Origin: Octopus vulgaris
Taxonomy: Eukaryota
DNA: 64,000 bases
Direction: 5' to 3'
Assembly (NCBI GenBank): GCA_951406725.2
Contig: OX597827.1
Span: 31,620,001-31,684,000, forward strand
The notes beneath the pieces were generated by a model. That model was not told the DNA's origin and did no database searches. It worked only from the letters and a program-made list of their open reading frames with translations. Both the position numbers and the translations under genes were made by a program. Positions 38,837-53,458 of the stretch are shown piece after piece; the first letter of the stretch is position 1; the number at the start of each line of letters is the position of its first letter.

Positions 38837-39304
38837 CAACAGGCTTCTTTCAGTTTCTGTCTACCAAATCCACTCACAAGACTTTGGTCAGCCTGGAGCT
38901 ATAGTAAGAGACACTTCTCCAAGCTGTCAAAAAGTGGCACTGAACTTGGAACCATGTGGTTGGGAAGCAAGTTTCATACAACTCTGCTGCGTCTGCCTTT
39001 TATTAGTGAATAAAAAAACAAAATAGTAAGGAAAGTTTTTCTTTTCTTAAATTAAATATTTCACACTAAACCTTACATAATTCTTGATTATTTGGAAAAA
39101 AATACAAACACTTAATATAGACACAAAAAGTGAATAAGAGGCACAGACGTGCCTGTATGGTAAGAAGCTTACTTCCCAAAAACATGGTTCCAGGTTCAGT
39201 CCCACTGTGTAGCTCCTTGGGTAACTTCCTTTCTACTATTGCCCCAGGCCAGTCAAAGCCTTGTAAGTGAATTTGGTTGATAGAAACAGAAAAAAGCCTG
39301 TTGT

Positions 39305-39347
<43 letters not shown>

Positions 39348-40179
39348 AAACTTACTTGGAGGATTAGAAACGACGCGAGGCGCTCAGTCATATAATAACA
39401 ATTTAACAAATAAAACATATGCATACATACTTACATATATGTACATACCTACATCTATATGTATATATACATGCATCTATATATATATGAGTACAGGACA
39501 CCACAAATAAACGTAGAACACAACAAGAAATTAAAACATAAAAACAAACAAGGAAACAGACTTTTTTTTAACAACAAAAAAACAGAGTACAAGACAAACA
39601 ATACAAGGAATATTCCCCTTCATCAGCTGCCCCTGGTTCGACTCAATGCGTGTTTCGAAGGTAACCTTCGAATTATGCATGTATATATACATATAGATGT
39701 AGGTATGTTCATATATCTATGTATGTATGCATATGTTTTATTTGTTAAATTGTTATTATATATATATATATATATACATAAAGATATAGAGAGGGAGAAA
39801 AGAGCAGTTAAAAAGAACCAAACTCCATGTGTTGAATGGCTGTTGTTTTTAAATAACACAAGGGCATTTCTCCTTTGTATGAAAATGATGTAAAGTGAGT
39901 GAGATAAATGAAGTCTATCTTAAGGTCAGCATGGTTTCATGTTCAATGTACAAACTAAATAAATCAATTTAAAAAAATTTAATTTAATTAAAATAAGTAC
40001 ATACTATGATCTTCAGTTGTATACTCCATATTTTATGAATAAATATGCATAACTTTAAGATATATTTACCTTCATTTATCCACATCAATTCATAATTCAA
40101 GGTATACAATATCTTAAAATAGTAAAAGAGAAGAAGTCATGCTTCTTCGTTCATATTTGAACATGCTTGTAATCTGTCA

Positions 40180-40841
40180 CTGGGCCAATAGTGGAAAATG
40201 ACCCAGGAAGATATGGGATGAGGTGGTGAAGCATAACCTTTGAACGTTGGGCCTCACAGAGGCAATGACGAAAGACTGAGACCTCTGGATGTGTGTGTGT
40301 GTGCTGTGACTGAGAAGACCAGGCAAATAAAGTGAGATGACAGCTGTAGCCTATGCCAGTGTCGCATAACCAGCTCACTCACAAAAAAGTACCTTTGGAT
40401 CATAGGGCGACATGCCATGCTTGAGGAGACTGATTGAGTCAAGTACACCGGTAACATCATCAACATCAAAATCAAATGGAAATTGTAGTTGTGGCTGATG
40501 CCAGCCTCCTCGCCCCGACTGGCTCCTGTGCTGGTGGCATGTAAAAAGCACCATGCAAACGTGGCTGATGCCAGTGCCGCCTTGACTGGCTTCCATGCTG
40601 GTGTCATGTAAAAGCACCATCCAAATGTAGTCGATTCCAGCCTGCTCTGGCCCCTGTGCCATTGGCACATAAAAAGCACCCACTACACTCTCATAGTGGT
40701 TGGTGTTAGGAAAGGAATCCAGCTGCAGAAACACTGCCAGATCAGATTGGAGCCTGGTGTAGCCTCCTGGTTTCTCAGACCCCAGTTGAACCGTCCAACT
40801 CATGCCAGCACGGAAAACATATGTTAAACGATGATGATGAT
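40180..40841 (+). mobile_element. RTE LINE 3' end
   Basis: PRKIWDEVVKHNL*TLGLTEAMTKD, then a 3' UTR with pseudoknot-like units and a (GAT)n tail. Confidence 0.8.
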
Positions 40842-41414
40842 ATCCATGTTTGTGTGTGTCTTGTGTCTGTGTTTGTCCTGCACTACCACTTGATGACTGG
40901 TATTGGTTTGTTTATGTCCCTGTGATTTAATCGGGAAAAGAGACAAACAGAATAAGAACCAGGCTTAAAACAAAAATGGACTCTAAAACCCTTCAAGGTG
41001 GTGCCCCAGCTTGATTGCAGTCTAACGACTGTAATAATTAGTGGATAAAAGGTGAAAAATAAGAGAATGTGAGATAGATCTACCTCTGGATAGGAAGCTA
41101 GTCTATCATAGTCAGCTTTTCCCACCGTTGGAAATGTAAATGTGACCTAATGAATCACTGCCAAGAAAACATTCATTAATCATTAATCAGCATCAATCAG
41201 CATGCCTGAGATAACCTGGTTTATTAACTAGAATCATTTATTACCAACATTGATTACTAGAATGGTCAGAATCAGTAAGAGGTATCAATCCTTACACACA
41301 CACATATTCCACCTAACAAAGACTATGAAGTACCACTGTTCATATTGGGGAAAGATCAATCAATCTATTGATTTGATCACTATCAATACAAAGTATGAAT
41401 TCAGTAATCTATCT

Positions 41415-41995
41415 AATCACATACACACACATACACTTACACACACACTTAAATACACACACACACACATACACACTCACACACACATGCACACACAGAA
41501 ATGCACATACAAACATGCACACTCATACACACACATACACACATATACACATGAGCACACATGCATACACACACATTCACACACATGCAAATACACACAC
41601 ACTCACACACACACATGCACATACATACACATTCACACATGCACACATACACACATGCACACATACACACATGCACACACACACATTCACATGCACATAC
41701 ACACTCACACATATGCACAAACACACTTGCACACTCACACACGTGTGCATACACACTCACACACAAACACATTCACCTGCACACACACACACTCACACGC
41801 ATACATGCACAAACATGCTCACACACACATGCCCACACACACACATGCAGACATACACACACACATTCACATGCACACACAAACACATGCACACATACGC
41901 ACACACACATTCATATGCACACACACACATACTCACACATGCACAAACACATACATACAAGCACACACGCACACACACATACACACACACTCACA
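41415..41995. repeat. Degenerate (CA)n-rich satellite
   Basis: About 580 bp of CACACA/CATGCA/CATACA variants. Confidence 0.9.
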
Positions 41996-42853
41996 TAATA
42001 TATATTGAGGTTGTAAAAGTATATTGTTATGGCCATGCTCCAGCTTGCAATCTGCTCCTGTTAAACTGCTCCCCCACTCCACCTTCCTAACTCCTCATCT
42101 CTCCCCTCCCTCAACCCAGGACCACCACTCACTACATTTCTCTCTCTTCGCACCCTTGCAAACCTTACTGCACATGGCATGTCCCTGTTGAATCTCTTCA
42201 CCCCACAATATATACCCCCACCACTGTGGCCCTCCTCCTTCTATTTGTGCCTGTTCACTACATTCCCCCACCCTTCATCCCCCACTTCCCTGAACGTACC
42301 TGCCCACTCACCCAGGCCAATCCCTGGTCGTCTTCTCTGTAACTTGAGTATACCTCACTGTCACATCTTCACCACTTTTTCTTTCTCTTCTCTCTCGCTC
42401 ACCACTATCTCTCTCCTCTCTCTCTCCCTCTCTCACTGCTGCTGGTGCCATGTAAAATGCACCCAGTACACTCTGTAAAATGCATGGCATTCAGAAGGAC
42501 ATCATGCCATAGAAATCATAACAGGACAGACGCTAGAGCTTGGTATAGTCTCCTGACTTGCCAGCTCCAGTCAAACTGCCCAACCCTTACCATCACGGAA
42601 GGAGTATGTTAAATGATGACAATGGTGATGGTGATGATGTGGGTGTGTGTGTGTGTGTATGATAGATCGCTAGCCACTAAACCTTTTTCTGTTTTCTCTC
42701 CCTGCTTATTTCTGTGTTCCCTTCTGTCAAAGAGCATAGGCTCAAAATGTAAAAGACTTTCTCACTTCCTGAGCATTAAACTAATACATCTGTTTGCTGA
42801 TTACACACCCGTCTTCATCTTTTGTTTTTTTTTTTTTTGTAAATTCTCACTAT

Positions 42854-43074
<221 letters not shown>

Positions 43075-43159
43075 CCTTTTAACATACTGAACACTGCTTG
43101 GTAAAATTTTAATTACTAATTAATTAATTAATTTTACCCTTTATTATTATTGATAATAT

Positions 43160-43221
<62 letters not shown>

Positions 43222-43346
43222 TGATAGATAGATATTTATATACTTGTATATAATGTACAATGAATTTATGGAATGAAGTTCCATAAATCCCATCAAATTC
43301 TTTAGAAATAGAGGAAGTAAGTTGTTAAAATTTATAAGAACTTTAA

Positions 43347-43443
43347 TTCTTGCAGACGATCGTTTCGTACAAAGATATAACAATATAAATTCATGATTGA
43401 ATTAAATTAAATAAATATCACCGAGTACTCTTCAGTGCAGGAA
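43347..43443 (-). ncRNA. Type I hammerhead ribozyme motif with long loop II
   Basis: Minus strand: TTCCTGCA-CTGAAGA-GTAC..(54 nt)..GTAC-GAAA-CGATCG-TC-TGCAAGAA. Core is intact, the cleavage triplet is GUC, and helix III is the palindrome ACGATCGT. Confidence 0.82.
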
Positions 43444-43656
43444 GAAAAGAAACCATAATGCAAGGAACTTAAAAAAGAATAGAGTGGAAAAAATTTGATC
43501 TAGGAGAGTCATGCTGGTATCCGTGTGAGAAAGAGATGGAGTCATGTTGGATATTGAACCATAACTAATGGCTTCAACAGTTATTTGAAGATATAAATAA
43601 AGAGGTGTCAGAGATGTTCCCTCTATAGAAAAGTATGGAAATTAGACCTATATTAC

Positions 43657-43713
<57 letters not shown>

Positions 43714-44063
43714 GAGTGTATTTTTACCTTGTTAACAATTAACACAGAAAAAATAGATAGTTACCAGGGTAGCAAAAAATCACACAAGTAAAGAGGTTGT
43801 AACTCCTTGTTTTTAAAAGTAGAATCTTCGGGTTTACGTGGAATTATACCTGCATTAAACTCCATTTATTTATACACACACACACACACATGCTTGTATG
43901 TGGTTGAGGAGATTGTTTCCCAACCACTTGGTTTTGGTTTCAGTCCCACTGGATGGCACCTTGGGAAAAAATCTCCTATTATAGCTCCAGGCCCAGGGCC
44001 TTAATTGTGAATTTGTTGAGGGGAATTGTTTGCAAGCCAGCCAAATATATATATTTATATATA

Positions 44064-46637
44064 TATCATCATCATCATCATCGTTTAACGTCCGTTTTCC
44101 GCACTAGCGTGGGTTGGACAGTTCGACCGGGGTCTGGGAAGCCAGGGGCTGCACCAGGCTCCAGTCTGATCTGGCAGTGTTTCTACAGCTGGATGCCCTT
44201 CCTAATGCCAACCACTCCACGAATGTAGTGGATACTTTTTACGTGCCACCTGCATATATATATATTTATAGTAATATAGGTCTAATTTCCAATCGGCCAC
44301 GATTGGTTGGTGCTTTTAATGTGCCACTGGCACGGAAGCCAGCCAAGGCAGCACTGGCAATGGCCACGTTCGGATGGTGCTTTTTATGTGCCACCGGTAC
44401 AGGTATCACAACTACTATTTCCATTGATATTTATTTCGATGTTCATGTACTTGACTCAACAGGTCTCCTCAATCACAGAGGGATGTTCTGGAATCCAAGG
44501 TACTTTGAATGGGCAGGGGCTATGCAGAACTGGTGCAGGAAGCAGCCTGGGTCTTTGCAGTCACAGCATAACTCCAGAGATCTTGGTCCTTCGCCATTGC
44601 CTCAGTGAGGCCCAACGCTCTGAGGTCATGCTTGACTACCTCATCCCATGTCTTCCTGGGTCTACCTCTCCCCCTGATACCTTCAACTGTTTGGGAGTGG
44701 CACTTCTTCACACATCTCTCCTCATCCATCCGCAGTACATGACCATACCATTGTAAGCATCTCTCTTGCACACCACATCTGATGCTTCTTATGTCCAGCA
44801 TTTCTCTCAGGGTGCTTACCCTCTGTCGTGCGTGCACACTGACATTACACATCCAGCGGATCATGCTAGCTTCATTTCTTTCAAGTCTACGCATGTCCTC
44901 TGCAGTCACAGCCCATGTTTCACTACTGTGAAGCATGGCAGTTCGCACACATGCGTCATACAATCTACCTTTCACTTTGAGCGAGAGACCCTTTGTCGCC
45001 AGTAGGGGTAGGAGCTTTCTGAACTTTGCTCAGGCTATTCGTATTCTAGTGGTGACACTCTCTGAGCATCCACCTCCACTACTAACTTGGTTACCCAGGT
45101 AGCGGAAACTATCAACTACTTCTAGTTTCTCCCCCTGGAGTGTGATGGAATCTGTTTTCTGAGTATCTGTGGTGTCTATTGTCCCTGTGCATCTGCCGCA
45201 CATGAAAGCTATCTTATCAGTTAATTTCCCTTTGATGTTGCTGCACCTCTTATGCGTCCATAGCTTACACTGGGTGCATCTTATGGAGTTTCTACCTACA
45301 GATCGAACAGGGCCACCTGCCCGAGGGGGTGTGTGCTAAGTTCGCCTTTCTGCTTACTATAACTTTGGTCTTTGCTACATTTACTCTAAGGCCCTTTGAT
45401 TCTAACACTTGCTTCCACACCCAAAATTTCTTTTCTAGTTCCGGTAGTGATTCTGCTATGAGAGCATAGAGGAGCTCCCAAGGGCAACTTGTTTTGAATT
45501 CCTCTGTTATTGCCTGGAGGGGTATGATGAATAAAAGGGGACTGAGAGCTGAGCCTTGGTGTACACCTACTTCTACCCGGAATTCTTCACTATATTCGTT
45601 GCCAATCCTAACCTTGCTGACAGCCTCTCTGTATAGGGCCTGTACAGCCCTTATTAGCCATTCGTCAATCTCGAGTTTCCGCATCGACCACCAGATAAGG
45701 GATCGGGGGACCCTGTCAAAGGCTTTCTCCAAGTCCACAAAAGCTATGGTATTTCTCCTGCAGTTGTCGGACCAGGAATATAGCATCAGTGGTGCTTCTA
45801 CCCAGCACAAAACCGAACTGCATCTCATCTAAGCAAATTCTCTCCCTAATGACATGGGTTACGACCCTCTCTGTGACCTTCATCACCTGATTCAACAGTT
45901 TAATACTCCTGTAGTTATTTCTATCTAGAGCATCACCCTTACCCTTGTAGCAGTTGACTATGATGCTGCTACGCCAGTCATTGGGTATGACTCCATTATG
46001 AACTACCTGGTTTACAATGCGGGTGACTAGGCCATAGCCCACATAACCAGCTGTTTTAAGCATCTCAGCAGTGATTCCTGATGGGCCGGGGGCTTTACCT
46101 GGTTTCATACCCTTAATTGCCTTAACTACAAGGGAGCTGTCTATTCGGATAGCTGGTCCCTCTACTGGGTCAACATTTGGCAGGCTCTCCACCTCCCATT
46201 CATTCTCCACATTCAGCAGTCTTTCATAATGGCTTCTCCAAGCCTCTTTCTTTTCACCAACATTAAAAGCAAGTGCCTCATCATCCATGCGGACACATTT
46301 CTCTCCTGTAACATCACTATTTTCTCTCACACACTGTCTGGCAATCCGAAATACCTCAGTTCTTTGGTCCTCACGTCACTGGACATTGGCAAACTTCTTC
46401 TTTTCTGCTACATCTTTGGCTATGTATACCTGCTGCCCAGCCTTCCTTTTGGCTACCTGGTACAGTTCCCTGCTACCCCCATCCCTCCAGGCGTTCCAGG
46501 CCTGTTTCTTTGCACTAATGGCTTTGTCTACTGTACTATTCCACCACCACGTAACTCTAGGTCTGGAAGGGACTTTGCACCATCCACAGACTTGGTCTGT
46601 GGCACTCAGCAAGCTGTCCCGTAGGAATTCCCAGCTA
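44064..46637 (-). mobile_element. RTE-clade LINE, 5'-truncated, frameshifted
   Basis: KAPGPSGITAEMLK, YKGKGDALDRNNYRSIKLL, FVDLEKAFDRVPR, GVHQGSALSPLLF, KGRLYDACVRTAMLH..ETW and RGRGRPRKTW, then a 3' UTR and (GAT)n tail. Confidence 0.95.
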
Positions 46638-46860
46638 TATATTTATATTACATAGAGGGCATTACTATACATAAATGTCACACACTAGGAGGGACTCTTA
46701 AAGTAAGAGTCCCTCTTAGTGTGTGGCATTTATGTATAGTAATACCCTCTATATAATATAAATATATATATTTAAGAGAGAAATTGATGGATTTTTCTCT
46801 TATGAGGTTTTTCACGCTAACTACTTGATAAATTCTTATAAAGATTCTATCCTATTTTAA
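46637..46860 (+). repeat. Fold-back terminal fragment (non-inverted homolog at 22684-22860)
   Basis: Arms of about 65 bp around TTA-AAG-TAA at about 46700. The right arm and downstream sequence match 22684-22850. Confidence 0.7.
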
Positions 46861-46863
46861 AAT

Positions 46864-46894
<31 letters not shown>

Positions 46895-46905
46895 CTATCT
46901 ATCTA

Positions 46906-46954
<49 letters not shown>

Positions 46955-47064
46955 AATCCAAACGGGAAAACAAAAAAACAACAACAGTGGAACAATTACA
47001 GTATTATTATTAATAGATATACATATTCATATATATATATGTATAATATATATATCTATCTATC

Positions 47065-47102
<38 letters not shown>

Positions 47103-47134
47103 CATATATATATATATCTATATATACATACATG

Positions 47135-47192
<58 letters not shown>

Positions 47193-47482
47193 TATACATA
47201 CATATATATATATATATACACACACATACATATACATTCTTTTACTTGTTCTAGTCATTTGACTGGCCATACTGGAGTACCACCTTAAAGGGTTTTCTAG
47301 TCAAAGAAATTGACTCCAAGACTTATTCTTTGTAAGCCCAGTACTTATCTTATCAGTCTCTTTTGCTTAACTGCCAAGTTACAGGGACCAACATCGGTTG
47401 TCAAGTGATGATGGCAGGGACAAACACAGACACACAAACACATACATAAATATATACATACATGTGTACGTGTGTGTGTGTG

Positions 47483-48200
47483 TATGGTGCAGTGGGTAAA
47501 TTGTCGCCATTTTACAGTTTTAATTTCATGCAAGTGCATTGTTTGTTTTTGATTTTTTTGACTACACAGTATAGTAGGGTCAGTTGGACACCATCTGTGA
47601 GAAAAACAGCACCATGACACAATGCACTCTGCTAGAAATTTGGAAATGAAATGCTGTCCTGCTCAGCAAATCAGAGCGCTTAGGTGTCAATCTGAGGACA
47701 GTGCAGAGGATTCAGAAAGTGTTGGATGTTTCTAATGGTGATTATGAAGGTACAGCAGCTCAGGAAATTCCCTCTGATCATTCTGATAAGAACTCCTGAA
47801 TTTGTTGATGAGATCCAGGCCATGATTGACAACATTCCCTCCAAGTCAATCAGGCTTACTGCTAGAAACATGGGTGTGTCTGAGCTTCTTATCAGGCAGG
47901 CAGTGTATGAAGACATATGGCATTTCTCATACAAAATGAGAACGGGCCAATTTTTATCCCTAGCCATCAAGAAGAAGAGGAAAGACCATGCTTTGGAGCT
48001 TTTGAACAAAGTCAAGTATCCTCACCAACTGAACATGCTTTGGTTTTTCTCAGATGAGAAAAACTTCTCCGAGGATCAGATGGTGAACACACAAAACAAC
48101 TGTTGGAATGATGTGTCTATGAAACGTACTGAGCGTGATAAAAATCAAACATCCAGTTAACATCATGGTGTTTGGAGTTATCACTAGTGATGGCAAGGTA
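47483..48200 (+). mobile_element. Tc1/mariner superfamily relic, maT/DD37D-like
   Basis: IRTPEFVDEIQAMIDNIPSKSIR..LWFFSDEKNF..VNTQNN and IMVFGVITSDGKV. 3' truncated. Confidence 0.85.
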
Positions 48201-48339
48201 GAAAAGTAACACATGAGTTGATAAACATATATATATAACTATATGAAAGGCTTCTTACCCATACTGCCACTCAGTGGGACTGAACTTGGAACCACATGGT
48301 TGGGAAGCAAGCTTTTTACCACACAGCCACACCTACGCC

Positions 48340-48404
<65 letters not shown>

Positions 48405-48471
48405 GTGAATAGATTAGATAGATAGACAGACAGACAGACAAGAAGATAGATAGATAAATAGATAGATAGAT

Positions 48472-49118
48472 ATGTTTCTTCATTAGCCACACAGGGCTGC
48501 ACACAGACAGGACAGATTACAAAGTAGAGCTTTTCTTTTTTGGGGAAAGAAAAAAAGGTGGGGTAGGTTTTCAATCAAAAGGGATCGTAAAAAGGAAAGG
48601 AGAAGAAGAAGAAAAAAGAGAAACAAAAAGAAACAAAAGAAAAAACAATCAATAGGGATCGTGTATCACAGTGTCATGATGTACGGTGTAAAGGGGGAAG
48701 CAGATAAGGTTTATCCGTAGGAAGAAAAGCCTATGGAAAAGACCACGGTAACCTCAGTCAATATTGTTACATGTTACCACATTTGTTTGCAAGTGGGTAA
48801 CCCTCTGTTTTCAATTTCTGGGTTCATAGGATTATGCTCAAGGTGGCTTCGTCATTCATACGTGCCATCCTTGCTACATTCACCCATCTTTTTTAAAACA
48901 TTCGCTAGACAAAACTTGCCTCTCTATTCTCACTTTCCTTTTCAAGTGGTACTTGAAGAAGTTGATGAGAGATTGACCAGAGAGGAAAGTGTTCGTCTCC
49001 AATCCTTTAGACGCGTCCACCAGATACATTCTTTTGCCATAGCCACAAGTATGATGAAAATAGTTCTTCCTTCCCGTTTGAAGGAAGGAGACATGATAAT
49101 ATTGACGATAGACTCGGC
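48472..49118 (-). mobile_element. Duplicated 3' end of the Tx1/L1 LINE
   Basis: Near-identical to 49195-49880 and bounded by (AGAT)n on both sides. Confidence 0.88.
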
Positions 49119-49155
<37 letters not shown>

Positions 49156-49194
49156 CAGATAGACAGATAGACAGATAGATAGATAGATAGACAG

Positions 49195-51810
49195 ATATGT
49201 TTCTTTATTAGCCACACAGGGCTGCACACAGACGGGACAGATTACAAAGTAGAGCTTTTCTTTTTTTGGAGAAAAAAAAAAGAAAAAAAAGTGGGGTAGG
49301 TTTTCGATCAAAAAATATTGTAAGAGGGAAAGAAGGAAAAAAGAAAAGAAGGGAAAAGAAACAAAATGAAAAGAAAAAAGAAAAAAAGGAGAAAAAAGAA
49401 AGGAAAAAAGGGGGAAAAAAACCCAATCAATAGGGATCGTGTATCACAGTGTCATGATGTATGGTGTAAAGGGGGAAGCAGATAAGGTTTATCCGTGGGA
49501 AGAAAAGCCTATGGAAAAGACCACGGTAACCTCAGTCAATATTGTTACATGTTACCACATTTGTTTGCAAGTGGGTAACTCTCTGTTTTCAATTTCTGGG
49601 TTCATAGGATTATGCTCAAGGTGGCTTCGTCATTCATACGTGCCATCCTTGCTACATTCACCCATCTTTTTTTAAAACATTCGCTAGACAAAACTTGCCT
49701 CTCTATTCTCACTTTCCTTTTCAAGTGATACTTGAAGAAGTTGATGAGAGATTGACCAGAGAGGAAAATGTTCGTCTCCAATCCTTTCAGACGCATCCAC
49801 CAGATACATTCTTTCGCCATAGCCACAAGCTCTTCCTTCCCGTTTGAAGGAAGGAGGCGTGACAATATTGATGATAGACTCAGCTGATAAACCGACTCGT
49901 CCCACACGTGATAGCAGTTGTTCGACATAAGCCCAGAGGTTGGAAATTGTTGGACACTGCACGAGTGTGTGCAGAATGGTTTCGTCGCTCTGACCGCATC
50001 TCGGGCAGGTCGGCCCCGTGTTTCTCGAGCCGTGTCTGTAGAGCTTACCCCGAACGGGTACCGCTTCTCGGTAACACTACCAGGCCAGGGATCTCTGGAA
50101 GTTGTCCAAGGGCCCTGGCCCGAAAGTCATCCCAAACAGGCTGGTCAGGTATTCCTCGTCAACGTCCAGGTTCGCCCCGAGCTCATCGTTGTACCTCCCC
50201 TCCACTAATCCCCTATAGAATGCTTGGGTTGTGTTGGAGTCACTCAAGGTCGACCCGGGATGGCAGAGTTGCTTGAGAGCAACGCGACACTCGCGGTGCC
50301 ATTCATCCTTCCTCGGCCTCTTTTTGATCCACGACTGCAGTTCGGCCAAGGAGACGAGTTGCGGGAAAGCGTGCCTCACAAACGGCGACCGCACCTGTTC
50401 ACCGTCGTCTACGTAGAGCCTGAGGTGTCACAGTCTCAGTGCGTGTCTGCGCATCATCAACCACGGCATGCCCAGTCCTCCTTTTAACGGGTGTTGACAG
50501 CAAATGGATCGCCTGACCATCGGGATGCATCCTTTCCACAAGAAGTGAAAGAGAATGCGTTCTAGTTTGGTGATGGTAGGGTTGGGACCTGTCACCGCTT
50601 CGTAGTTTTTCAGTGTCTCGCTGACCTGCTTGATGTGCTCGTGGCTAGACACTATGATGGTGACGTCGTCCGCGTATGCAGACACGCTCGTCCCGCATCC
50701 CAGTTCTCGTGGGATGCCCCTCAGAGTTGCCAGCTTCCGCAATAATGGCTCGAGAGTCAATATGTATAGAAGCGATGAGAGGGGGTATCCCTGATGGACC
50801 AAACGTGCGATGTCGAAAGGTCTCGATAGATGTCCATTTACCCGAATTACCGAACGGATGCCTCTGTACAATGCGGCTATCCAGCCGCAGAAGACAGGAC
50901 CGAAGCCAGCCACTCTGAGGACAGCCTCCAAGTATCGATGGTCTACCCTATCGAAAGCTTTCGATTGATCCAAATTGATCAGCGCCCCACCCATGCCAGG
51001 TTTCTTAATTACCCTGTCTATGATAAAGCGCATCAGGTGGAGGTTGTCATGGATGCTCCGGCCCAGCACGGTGCATGTTTGCGCCTTGGCGACCAGTTTC
51101 TCGATGACAAGCGCCAACCTCTTGGCTAACACCTTGGCCAAAATTTTCAAGTCTGCATTAAGCAGAGTGATGGGCCTAAAGTTATCTATTACATTCCCCT
51201 TGTTTAGATCTTTCTTCAGCAGTGTTACGGCTCCTCGGCTCACAAAACCAGGAATGCTCCCGCTTTGCTGCCAGTTGCAGTACACCGCTGCCAAGACGTC
51301 GTCTCCAAACAAGTCTGGCATACAACTGTAAAGCTCGTAGGGTAGGCCATCCAGACCCGGCAATTTGTCCCTCGAGCATTCTGCCATCACGTCTTGCACT
51401 TCCGCCACCTTGATGGCACCTTCGCAGCGCCCTGCCTCTCTTGTCGAGAGTCGTGGTAGGCTGTGTAGGTAGGCACTGAAGTCCACCCTACGTTCTTGCC
51501 CACCACTCGTCCCGAACAGTCAAACAAAATACTGTTGAAAGGCCTCACACATTTTACTTGGCTCGAGCAATTCGCGTCCCTGTTGATCTACCAGAGACCG
51601 AATAGTGGCTTTGTTGCCTTGTTGCGCCTCTGCCACCCGGGCCTCTCTCGCGGCTCCAACACCTTCGTTTTTTAGAGCACGCATCCTAGCTCTGACAACA
51701 CACCCTTCATGTTTGGCGTTGAAGTGTTGGTCGAGGGCCAACCTCGCTGCCAAAACGTCGGATGTGATTCCGCTTCTAATTGCCTCTTCTAGCTTCTTAA
51801 CTAGCTCACC
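49195..51810 (-). mobile_element. Tx1/L1-clade LINE ORF2 fragment
   Basis: PGLDGLPYELY, NFRPITLLNADLKILAKVLAKRL, LDQSKAFDRVDH and AYADDV, a C-terminal CxxC..H..C zinc knuckle region and a 3' UTR. Confidence 0.93.
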
Positions 51811-51852
51811 CTAGACAGACAGACAGATAGACAGATAGATAGATAGATAGAC

Positions 51853-51943
<91 letters not shown>

Positions 51944-53329
51944 TAGATAGATAGATAGATAGATAAGGTAAAAACCAATTTCTTAATGAAATTACTTCCC
52001 TCTATCTCACAGTTTTTGTTGTTTTGGGGGATTTTTGAAAGCCCCAGTGAGAAATAATTGTAAAAAACAGTCCCATGTTTAAAATTTGTCATGAGCTTTT
52101 GTTGCTGTTGCTGTTGTTATTGTTTTGTTATAGTTCTTTTGTTGTTTTGTTTTAATGTCAGTGTCTTCTGCAATTCACAATATGTGACCTTAAGTTAATG
52201 ACCTTACTGATTCCAATTACCGATCCCAATAAAACACACCAGCAATCAAGGCCCCAGTCCACTGACCAACTGCCAAAGTGAAGCCCTGTTTTTCTACATT
52301 TATTTCATGGGTTTTTTTTTTTTGTTTATTGTTTTCTGGGAAATTGGTGAGAATTGTTATGTGCGAAGAGGATAAAGGCCAAAAGGTGACTCTACAAATG
52401 GGTGTGAATTGAGGGCGTTAATGTATGTATATATGTATGTATGTCTGTATGTATGTCTGTATGTATGTATGTATGTATGTATGCATGCATGTGTGTTATG
52501 TATGTATGTATGCATGCACGTCTGTCTGTATGTATGTAATTTTTCCTTTTATTTCAAAATTTCTTGCCAATAGAGAAAGAACCAGTTTCTAACCTAGATC
52601 CAAGGTTCCTAGGTTGGAATTTCAACATCAACAACAGGGTATGTATATATGTATGTATGTATGTAAGTGTGTATGTATGTATGTATGTATGTATGTATGC
52701 ATGCATGTGTGTTTGTATGTATGCATGTATGTATGCTTGTATATGTGTATATATATGTGTGTATGTGTATTATGTGTGTGTATATATGTGTATGTATGTG
52801 CATATATGTGTATGTATATGTGTATGTATGTGCGTATATATATTTCCATGTGTGTGTATGCATGCATGTATGTATGCATGTGTATGTATGTATGAGTGCA
52901 TGGGGGGTGGGATGTTAGAGTGGGGGTGGGGAAAAATATCATTCCCATCATTTTTCAGTCAACTTTTAATGACTGCTCGTTAATATTTGAAACCAATTAA
53001 CCAATCATCCGCATCTTATCCAAGCACCCAAAAGACCCAACACTCAGACAAATACTGGAGTACGTCCATATAAATTAAACCTCCCCAATACTAAATAGTA
53101 TTTAATAATAATAATAATCCTTTCTACCAAAGACACAAGCCTTGAAATTTGGGAGAGAGGACTAGTCGATTACATCGACCCCAGTGGTTCACTGGTACTT
53201 ATTTTATTGACCCCAAAAGGATGAAAGGCAAAGTTGACCTTGGTGGAATTTGAACTCAGAACGTAGAGATGGAGGAAATACTGCTAAGCATTTCGCCTGG
53301 CATGCAAACAATTCTTCCAGCTCACCACT

Positions 53330-53410
<81 letters not shown>

Positions 53411-53419
53411 GTAATAGTA

Positions 53420-53457
<38 letters not shown>

Positions 53458-53458
<1 letters not shown>

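Noticed and set aside
41250-42090. His/Thr-rich ORFs of 231-252 aa
   Set aside because: Translation of degenerate (CA)n.
50428-51486. Intact 352-aa RT gene
   Set aside because: Part of a truncated Tx1 LINE with an internal deletion and flanking frameshifts.
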